From positions 1 through 64,000 of the IMG/VR virus record IMGVR_UViG_3300048089_000093: DNA of 64,000 nucleotides; one strand, given 5' to 3'. The notes under the pieces are model-generated. The model was given only the letters and a program-made list of their open reading frames with translations, had not been told where the DNA came from and made no database searches. Positions 1-6,411 of the stretch are shown one piece after another; position 1 is the first letter of the stretch, and each line of letters opens with the position of its first letter. Position numbers and translations under genes: made by a program. The stretch comes from a virus. Taxonomy: Duplodnaviria > Caudoviricetes.

Positions 1-67
1 AGAGCCCATGCCTGATGGCTCTCGACCGCGACGGCGTTCTGGTGTCCCTGATGATTCGAGGCAAACT

Positions 68-325
68 ATGACCAAAGGCCGCCGCAAGCCCACCCGCGAA
101 CCCGTCCAGCTCGACATGTTCGGCGGCATGTCGCCGGCCGCCGCGCGCGAGCACCTCGTCGCGGCGGTGGACCGCAACGGCCAGTACGTCGACTGGGACC
201 GCGACACGGGCAAGCTCAACGTCTACGTCAGCGAGCGCGGCGCGGACGACGGTGAGGTGACGCTGGACGGTCACTTCACGAAGCAGGATCTGGTCGCACT
301 CATCACACTTTGGCCTGCGACATAA
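68..325 (+). CDS. hypothetical protein (85 aa)
   Basis: ATG at 68 with GAGG 6 nt upstream; phage-like codon usage; no recognisable family. Confidence 0.5.
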   Translation: MTKGRRKPTREPVQLDMFGGMSPAAAREHLVAAVDRNGQYVDWDRDTGKLNVYVSERGADDGEVTLDGHFTKQDLVALITLWPAT

Positions 326-339
326 GGCTGGTGTAGAAT
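310..339 (+). promoter_or_regulatory. sigma70-like promoter for the tRNA-like RNA
   Basis: TAGAAT at 334-339 preceded by GTG; weak -35 (TTGGCC, 310-315); about 10 nt upstream of the tRNA-like element. Confidence 0.45.
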
Positions 340-348
340 CGCCAGCGG

Positions 349-426
349 CCGGGTAATAGCTCAACGGTAGAGCCTCACGCGCAAGCAGCCGCCTGAAGGT
401 CGCGGGTTCGACTCCCGCAGCCCGGA
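349..426 (+). ncRNA. tRNA-like RNA with intact D and T arms but aberrant anticodon arm and acceptor stem
   Basis: D arm GCTC-AACGGTA-GAGC (359-373), T arm GCGGG-TTCGACT-CCCGC (402-418), AGGTC variable loop; acceptor CCGGGT/GCCCGG pairs only in shifted register; no 5-bp anticodon stem; 3' end ACAA, not NCCA. Confidence 0.7.
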
Positions 427-451
427 CAAACACCTCCCGCAAAGCCTCACC

Positions 452-479
452 AAAGCCGCCCTCGCGCGGCTTTCTTTTT
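452..479 (+). terminator. intrinsic terminator after tRNA-like RNA
   Basis: AAAGCCGC-cctcgc-GCGGCTTT followed by CTTTTT. Confidence 0.8.
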
Positions 480-589
480 GCGCGTAACCCCTCAGATTTA
501 CGCCAACTCAAAGTATTTTTCGGTCAGAATGCGGCCAGCGACCACGTCGCCGCGCGCAGTCCCACACCACCTGACCAGTGAGTTCGGCC

Positions 590-775
590 ATGACCAACGA
601 CAGACCCAAGTACAAACCCTGCCCGTGTGGCTGCTCGGCACGTATCGAGGCGATGCTACGGGCCAACATCACCCCGCCACGCCGCACCGGCCGGCGCATT
701 GCCCGATGGGCAGCCTCGCGTCTACTGCTCGTTGTGGCCGTAGCTGTGTTGTTACAGATACTCATAACGCATTAA
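590..775 (+). CDS. small hypothetical membrane protein (61 aa) with CPCGC motif
   Basis: ORF with basic middle and hydrophobic C-terminus (LLLVVAVAVLLQILI); coding status uncertain. Confidence 0.35.
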   Translation: MTNDRPKYKPCPCGCSARIEAMLRANITPPRRTGRRIARWAASRLLLVVAVAVLLQILITH

Positions 776-922
776 AGTTACCGATTCGCACGTCGCTATG
801 TAAGTGCATGCGGTAAAGTGTACGTGGGCGTACCCACCCACGCGCCCGTGTGCAAAGCCAGCAACCCCCACAGCGTTCCGTGCGCCACCCTGCATGCACG
901 GAACGCTATCGACGCTTCCTCC

Positions 923-976
923 TGTATTTACATGTGTATGTACAGCTACACGTACGTATATACGAGCGTATGTACA
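923..976. repeat. candidate partition centromere/operator (4-bp TGTA/TACA/CGTA array)
   Basis: tgta ttta catg tgta tgta cagc taca cgta cgta tata cgag cgta tgta ca; AT-rich and directly upstream of the parA promoter. Confidence 0.55.
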
Positions 977-1009
977 GGTGCGGAAATGTGCGGATTCGCA
1001 CACTGAAGT

Positions 1010-1038
1010 TTGCTAACAATTACGCATTGATTTATCGT
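1010..1038 (+). promoter_or_regulatory. sigma70-like promoter of par operon
   Basis: TTGCTA-17 nt-TATCGT, 30 nt upstream of parA ATG. Confidence 0.55.
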
Positions 1039-1067
1039 TTACGGTCAGGCCATACATAGGGGTTGCC

Positions 1068-1691
1068 ATGTCCGTGATCGCATTTGTGTCACAAAAGGGT
1101 GGGGTGGGGAAGTCGACCATTGCGCGTGCGTTGGCGCGCGAGGGCGCGGCGAACGGCATGCGCGTCAAGCTGGCCGACCTCGATACGCAGCAGTCGACCA
1201 GCATGTTCTGGCAGATCACGCGCACAGGTGCAGGGATCGAGCCGGTCGTCTCCGCAGAGGCGTTCAAGACCGCTGCGCAGGCGCTCGCCATCGCGAAACA
1301 GTACGACCTGCTGGTGATCGACGGCCCGGCGCGCACGAGCAAGGCCACACTGGAAATCGCGCAGGCAGCGAGCCTCGTGGTGCAGCCGAGCGGCGCGAGC
1401 ATCGACGACCTGCGCCCGGCGGTGCGAGAGTTCCACGCGCTGGTGAAGGCGGGCATCCCGGCAGACCGGCTGCGCTTCGCCCTGTGTCGCATCGGCACCG
1501 ACGCGGAGGAGGCCGACGCCCGCACCTACCTCACGGAGGCTGGGTACAAGGTGCTCGACGGGTGCCTCGTCGAACGGCCGGCGTACCGCCGCGCGCAGGG
1601 TGACGGCTACTCGGTGACAGAGACACGCTACTCGGCGCTCAACGCGCGCGCCGACGCGCTGATCCAGTCCCTCATCGACGCGGCAGGGTGA
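1068..1691 (+). CDS. parA: ParA (type Ib / ParF-like) partition ATPase
   Basis: Deviant Walker A SQKGGVGKST, ADLDTQQS, VIDGP motifs; 207 aa with no N-terminal HTH. Confidence 0.92.
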   Translation: MSVIAFVSQKGGVGKSTIARALAREGAANGMRVKLADLDTQQSTSMFWQITRTGAGIEPVVSAEAFKTAAQALAIAKQYDLLVIDGPARTSKATLEIAQAASLVVQPSGASIDDLRPAVREFHALVKAGIPADRLRFALCRIGTDAEEADARTYLTEAGYKVLDGCLVERPAYRRAQGDGYSVTETRYSALNARADALIQSLIDAAG

Positions 1692-1695
1692 CGAG

Positions 1696-2004
1696 ATGGC
1701 GACATTCAAATCGAAGGGATTTGGCGCTCCGCCGACGATCGAGGACGCGAGCCCGAACCTGGACGAGCCCGAAGCGTTTCAGCCTCCCGAAGATGAGCCA
1801 CAGGGAGAGCAGGGCGCCGCGCACCACTCGCCGTTCCCGCGGCGCCGCGAGCCCACCCAGCCGATGAACTTCCGCGTGCCGCTCGTGCTGTTCGAGGAGC
1901 TGCGCGACTTCACGAAGGAGAGCGAGATCCCGATGACCGAGATCGCGGTGGCGGGCATTCGCAAAGAGCTGGCTGCGTTGAAGAAAAAGTACGGCGTGAA
2001 GTAG
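1696..2004 (+). CDS. ParG-like ribbon-helix-helix centromere-binding protein
   Basis: Directly after parA; low-complexity N-terminal tail and C-terminal RHH pattern (PMNFRVPLVLFEELRDFTKESEIPMTEIAVAGIRKEL). Confidence 0.7.
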   Translation: MATFKSKGFGAPPTIEDASPNLDEPEAFQPPEDEPQGEQGAAHHSPFPRRREPTQPMNFRVPLVLFEELRDFTKESEIPMTEIAVAGIRKELAALKKKYGVK

Positions 2005-2140
2005 AATCGGGCCGGGCGCCGCGCGCAAGCGCGTCATCGCGGAAAGGGGAGTGTGATGGACATTGAGCCAGGTCGGCAGCCCCGTCCTGCCTGATTACTC
2101 CACCAAAGAAAAGCCACGTGACTGCTCAATGCGCCCACTA

Positions 2141-2175
2141 AGCCCGCACGACCTCATACCCCGTGCGGGCTTTTT
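2141..2175 (+). terminator. intrinsic terminator between par and origin
   Basis: AGCCCGCACG-11 nt-CGTGCGGGCT-TTTT. Confidence 0.75.
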
Positions 2176-2239
2176 CATGTGCGCTCGGAAACGCAACTAG
2201 CCGTCAGCCGGCAGTCGCAGGGGCGGGCAGACCGTTGGT

Positions 2240-2506
2240 TGCCTTTTCTGCAAAACTGCTTTTAATAAGATTTAATCTTGTTTTTAACAGCTTTCACACT
2301 GTTCAAGTCTTTGATTTTAAAGGCGAAAACTAGGCTTATTGGGGCTTTTGACCGGGTTGAAAGGGGCAACGACTCGGGTTATTGGGGCTTTCGGTCGGGT
2401 TATTGGGGCTTTTAATCCGGTTGAAAGGGGCAAATAGTCGGGTTGAAAGGGGCAACGACTCGGGTTATTAGGGCAAACGGTCGGGTTGGTGCCTGATTGT
2501 GGATAA
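2240..2506. promoter_or_regulatory. iteron-type plasmid replication origin
   Basis: AT-rich tract about 2240-2325; 7 full and 1 partial CGGGTT(ATT/GAAA)GGGGC repeats starting 2332, 2353, 2375, 2396, 2417, 2439, 2461, 2482 (21-22 bp period); perfect DnaA box TGTGGATAA at 2498-2506; adjacent to rep. Confidence 0.88.
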
Positions 2507-2514
2507 CTTCGACT

Positions 2515-2543
2515 TTGCACCAAAGCGCAACTGGTGCTACCGT
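2515..2543 (+). promoter_or_regulatory. rep promoter with overlapping inverted repeat
   Basis: TTGCAC-17 nt-TACCGT with extended TG; GCACCA/TGGTGC inverted repeat (2517-2537) spans the spacer. Confidence 0.5.
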
Positions 2544-2566
2544 AAACCCAAGCCCCATGAACCCGA

Positions 2567-3337
2567 TTGGATGCCCCAATGAGCGAGATTGCTGAAGTGT
2601 CCGCGCCGGAAGAAACGCGCACCTCGATAGGCGAGCGCTGGGTAACCTTCGCCAACGACCTGACGCGCGCCGCGCACAAGCTCACGCTCGGCGAAAAGCG
2701 GCTCGTTGCGGCCTGCATCGCGCAGGTAAAGTCCGACTCTCCGGTGCCGACGGCCTCGGAGCGCGACCGGAAGATGTTCACGGTAACCGCTGATCAGTAC
2801 TGCGAACTCTACGCTGTCGAGCGCGAGACAGCGTACGGCCAGATGAAGACCAATGCGACGACGCTGTTCGGAAAAGAGATCCACACGGTCAGGCCCGACG
2901 GCCGCGCCGGGCGCCGCGTGCGCTGGGTGCAGGAAATCCAGTACAACGAGGGCGAGGCCAGCGTGACGCTGATGTGGAGTGACGCACTCTGCCTGGCGCT
3001 GTTCAATCTCAAGGACCAGTTCACGACCTACAAGCTCCGGTACGCGGCGAATTTGACGTCGAAGTACGCGTGGACGCTGTTCGAGCTGCTCGCCATGTGG
3101 CGCCGCCGCGGCAACTTCTCGATCGACGTGGATCAGTTCCGCGATAAGCTCGACGTTAAGCCGTCTCAGCGAGCCAACTATAAGGAGCTGCGCACGCGGG
3201 TAATCGAACCGGCGGCCAAGGAGATCCACGAGAAGTGCGGCATAGTCGTGACGGTCGTCGAAAAGAAGCGCGGCAAGCGTGTGACCGATCTGGCGTTTTC
3301 GTGGGAACCCGATCCGCAAGGCACGCTCAACTTCTGA
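2567..3337 (+). CDS. plasmid replication initiator (Rep_3 / RepB family)
   Basis: NDLTRAAHKLTLGEKRL, FTTYKL...LTSKYAWTLFELL and NYKELRTRVIEPA patterns typical of winged-helix initiators; next to iterons. Confidence 0.88.
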   Translation: MDAPMSEIAEVSAPEETRTSIGERWVTFANDLTRAAHKLTLGEKRLVAACIAQVKSDSPVPTASERDRKMFTVTADQYCELYAVERETAYGQMKTNATTLFGKEIHTVRPDGRAGRRVRWVQEIQYNEGEASVTLMWSDALCLALFNLKDQFTTYKLRYAANLTSKYAWTLFELLAMWRRRGNFSIDVDQFRDKLDVKPSQRANYKELRTRVIEPAAKEIHEKCGIVVTVVEKKRGKRVTDLAFSWEPDPQGTLNF

Positions 3338-3343
3338 GCGTCC

Positions 3344-3371
3344 AGGGGTGATAATTGGCATTATGTCAAAT
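3344..3371 (+). other. XerCD dif/cer-like recombination site
   Basis: AGGGGTGATAA-TTGGCA-TTATGTCAAAT: 11-6-11 layout; right arm differs by one base from the E. coli XerD arm TTATGTTAAAT; left arm ends in ATAA. Confidence 0.75.
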
Positions 3372-3446
3372 TGCCTTCGGGCGCTTTTCCAGTAGCCCAT
3401 TAATCAGCACTCCTGCATAATCGCGCCAACCAACACGGGGTGCGAT

Positions 3447-3854
3447 ATGACGCTCAGCTATTCGAACGAACTGAAGAACGGGCAGCAGGATCTGATCACC
3501 ACGAAGGTCGGCGCGAACGGCTTCGTGAACTACTACGACGGCGCCCGGCCGACCAACGCCGACACCGCGATCAGCAGCCAGAACCTGCTCGTGCAGTTCG
3601 CGCTCGGCGCGGTGCTCGGCGGCGCATCGGTGAATGGCGTGCTCACCGCCTCGGCTATCGCGGACGCGGCCGGCAAGGCCATCGCTGGCACCGGCAAGAG
3701 CGCGACGTGGTTCAGCCTGACGAAGGCCGACGGCACGCGGGTGCTCGACGGCACGCTCGCGCAGTCGGGCGGCGACATCACGATCGACAACCCGAGCATC
3801 GCGCAGAACCAGGCCGTCAGCCTGACGAGCCTTACCCTCACGAACCCGAACTGA
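3447..3854 (+). CDS. putative virion structural (fibre-associated) protein, 135 aa
   Basis: Small-residue, beta-rich composition; first gene of the rightward morphogenesis arm. Confidence 0.6.
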   Translation: MTLSYSNELKNGQQDLITTKVGANGFVNYYDGARPTNADTAISSQNLLVQFALGAVLGGASVNGVLTASAIADAAGKAIAGTGKSATWFSLTKADGTRVLDGTLAQSGGDITIDNPSIAQNQAVSLTSLTLTNPN

Positions 3855-3867
3855 GCCGCAGCTCAGT

Positions 3868-5325
3868 ATGGGCTCCCTGTCGGGATCGACCGCGGCCAGT
3901 AGCGCTGCGGTCAACCTCAGCTCGCCCGCGCAGACGGACTGGATTCAGTTCCCTCAGAGCGCGACCGCCCCCAACCGCAAGAGCGGGGGCGGCTCGACTA
4001 TTTCCCTGCCGACGGCGATCGGCACGGGCGTGGCGCTCGCCGGCTACGGCCCCGACGCGCGAAGCCTCACGTGGGCCGACGGCACGCCGGTCGCGAGCGC
4101 CACCAGCGCGGACGGGATCTTTGCCCCGGCCTCGGGCTCGGCAGCGGTCGGCAACGGCTTCCAGTTCACCGTACCGGCCGACACGAACCAGCGCACGGTG
4201 GTCATCGCGTGGGGGATGTACGCAGGCGACACCGGGTCTAACGTCGCCGCGGCGAAGCTGGTCGCCACCCTGTCGGACGGTAGCGCGACTGCGGTCACGC
4301 ACACCCCGACGGGCGTCGCGGCCGGGGTAGCCGCCAGCTACCTGACCACCATCACGTACAGCGCCAACAGCGCGGGTCAGACGCTGAACATCGCGATCAC
4401 GCTGACGGTGGTCAACGCAGGCGCGGGCAACTACTGCAACCTCACGCTGCAGGCGGCGAAGTACCTCACCACGCTCGCTGCGCGCACCTCGTCGGGCGCG
4501 CTGGCCGCGGCGCGCACCACTGCGGCGGGTACGGCGCACACCAAGGCGCGTGCGAGCGGCGCACTGCACGCTGCGGCATCGACGGCGAGCGGCGCGGCCC
4601 ACGCGAAGTCGCGCGCCACCGCCGCGCTCACGGCGCGCGCGTCGACCGGCGCGGCCACTTCCCACGCGAAGTCAAGCGCGCATGGCTCGACCGCCAACAT
4701 CGCGGCGCGCGCGGCCGGCGCGGCACAGGTCAAGGCGCGCGCGGCCGGCGCGCTCAACAGCGCCACCTCCACCTCGGCCGGCGCGGCGCTCGCAAAAGCC
4801 GCCGCACACGGCGCGCTGGCAGCGGCGGCAGATATCGCGGCAGGCGCCGCCGACGCGCGCGTATCCACGCACGGTGCGGTGACGGGCGCCCTCGCCCACT
4901 CGGCGGGCCTGTCGTTCACACAGAGCGTCCCGGTCGAGCACTCGACATCGAGCGGCGATCTGGTCGCCGCGGCCACGTATTCGAGCGGCACCACGCAGAC
5001 GAAGTCCACCGCGCGCGGCGCGCTCACGGTCGAGCCCACCAGCGCCAGCGGCCAGAGCGTCGTCAGGGCGGCTTCGCGCGCGGCGCTGTCCCAACGCCTT
5101 GGCACCGGCGCGGGCGCGGCGCATACGGCCATCTCGTCGGCGGGCGCGGCCACCCCGGCACCATGCCGCGCACGCGGCACGTCGCGCACGGGCGCTGTGG
5201 TCGTCGTGCCCCTCGACACGCGCCGCTCCGCGAGCTTCGAGCCGCGGCAGTCGCGGCAGAGTTTCGAGCCGCGCGCGGCCACCGCGGCGTACCGACCACG
5301 CAACAACAGATCGAGGCTCACATGA
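3868..5325 (+). CDS. fibre-like protein: N-terminal globular domain, about ten 21-aa repeats, Arg-rich C-terminus
   Basis: Repeats such as ARASGALHAAASTASGAAHAK and ARAAGALNSATSTSAGAALAK; C-terminal SFEPR twice. Confidence 0.6.
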   Translation: MGSLSGSTAASSAAVNLSSPAQTDWIQFPQSATAPNRKSGGGSTISLPTAIGTGVALAGYGPDARSLTWADGTPVASATSADGIFAPASGSAAVGNGFQFTVPADTNQRTVVIAWGMYAGDTGSNVAAAKLVATLSDGSATAVTHTPTGVAAGVAASYLTTITYSANSAGQTLNIAITLTVVNAGAGNYCNLTLQAAKYLTTLAARTSSGALAAARTTAAGTAHTKARASGALHAAASTASGAAHAKSRATAALTARASTGAATSHAKSSAHGSTANIAARAAGAAQVKARAAGALNSATSTSAGAALAKAAAHGALAAAADIAAGAADARVSTHGAVTGALAHSAGLSFTQSVPVEHSTSSGDLVAAATYSSGTTQTKSTARGALTVEPTSASGQSVVRAASRAALSQRLGTGAGAAHTAISSAGAATPAPCRARGTSRTGAVVVVPLDTRRSASFEPRQSRQSFEPRAATAAYRPRNNRSRLT

Positions 5326-5615
5326 GCACCAACGCACCTACCCTGCTGGACCCGAAAGATCCGGCGGAGACGACCGACTACGAGTTCGATTTTTCGACGC
5401 TGCTCGCGAGCGACGAGAACATCGTGAGCTACGCCCTGGAGACGCCGGATGACCTGACCAAGGTGGGCGACAGTCAGGACGGCAAGGTGATCACCGCCTA
5501 CTACTCGGGCGGCATCGACGGCGCCACGTACCGCCCGCGCTGCAAGATCACGACCGACTCGACCACCCCGCGCGTGATCGTGCGCAGCCTGGCCTTCCGG
5601 TGCGAGAAGCTGTAG
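5322..5615 (+). CDS. putative fibre-tail adaptor protein (97 aa)
   Basis: ATGA overlap with upstream stop; KDPAETTDYEFDFS...YYSGG...YRPRCKITT pattern recalled from phage fibre adaptor proteins. Confidence 0.55.
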   Translation: MSTNAPTLLDPKDPAETTDYEFDFSTLLASDENIVSYALETPDDLTKVGDSQDGKVITAYYSGGIDGATYRPRCKITTDSTTPRVIVRSLAFRCEKL

Positions 5616-5650
5616 ACTCCGCTCACTTCCCGTAAATCTCCGGAGTCAAT

Positions 5651-6325
5651 ATGCACTGGTTAGCGATCCTGACCTCCTACACCATCGTCATCCTGATGGC
5701 TTTCGCGTGGCGCGGCGACCGCAGCCGCTCGCGCAAGCTGGAGCGAGCGATGGCGCGAATCCTCCGGACCCGCTACACACACCCCGAGGAGCTGTCCGCA
5801 GAGCTGAGCGAAGCGGAGGTTGAGTTCCCCGAACTCGCGCCGGCGGGGACGCTGGGCGTGACCGACAGCAAGGGTGAATTCATCCTTCGCCGCGACGCCA
5901 CCAGACCCGAGCGCCCGGTCGTCCCGAACCCTGGTGAGACGTTTGAACAGGCTGCCCGTCGCCAGCGCGCGCAGGACGTGTTCGGCGGCCACCAGCCACT
6001 GCCCGGCGCTAAGATGCCGCCCCCGCCGGCGCCGAAGGTTAAGCCCGCGCCTGACCAGGACGGTAAGACGATCGAGTCTTGCAAGGCCCGGTTTAGCGAC
6101 CACATGAACACCCCGTTTGGCGAGCCGCCGATTGTCAAGGCGAAGACCCCGGCCGCCGACCCGCTCGTCTCAGTCGCACACAAATGGGTGCTAGACACCG
6201 TCTACGAAGGACCGATCGAGGGTCTGATTGACTCGCGCAGCGCCGCCGAGGCCGCGAAAGACCTACCCTACGAGAAAGAAGTTCTCCGAGTCCTCGTGAA
6301 GCACGGACTGATCACCAAGCCATGA
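5651..6325 (+). CDS. hypothetical membrane-anchored, proline-rich protein
   Basis: N-terminal hydrophobic helix (WLAILTSYTIVILMAFAW); PPPPAP segment. Confidence 0.55.
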   Translation: MHWLAILTSYTIVILMAFAWRGDRSRSRKLERAMARILRTRYTHPEELSAELSEAEVEFPELAPAGTLGVTDSKGEFILRRDATRPERPVVPNPGETFEQAARRQRAQDVFGGHQPLPGAKMPPPPAPKVKPAPDQDGKTIESCKARFSDHMNTPFGEPPIVKAKTPAADPLVSVAHKWVLDTVYEGPIEGLIDSRSAAEAAKDLPYEKEVLRVLVKHGLITKP

Positions 6326-6411
6326 ACCCCCTGCTCATCTATTGGTTCTGGTGTGCGGTGTTTCTCACCCCGCGCACTCCCTCTGACGCCCGAAAAGATA
6401 AGGAATCCTGA
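6322..6411 (+). CDS. 29-aa small membrane peptide (below ORF-track cutoff)
   Basis: MNPLLIYWFWCAVFLTPRTPSDARKDKES; ATGA overlap with the upstream stop and its TGA abuts the terL ATG. Confidence 0.45.
   Translation: MNPLLIYWFWCAVFLTPRTPSDARKDKES

Noticed and set aside
349-426. Canonical, decoding tRNA
   Set aside because: No anticodon stem with a 7-nt loop, irregular acceptor stem and no CCA, so no isotype can be assigned.
752-1059. Several overlapping Cys/Tyr/Thr/Val/His-rich ORFs
   Set aside because: The composition is the translation of the alternating purine-pyrimidine array, which is better explained as a centromere/operator.
2332-2493. CRISPR array
   Set aside because: Only 5-6 nt separate the repeats, the period is 21-22 bp, they adjoin rep and a DnaA box, and no cas genes are present; these are iterons.
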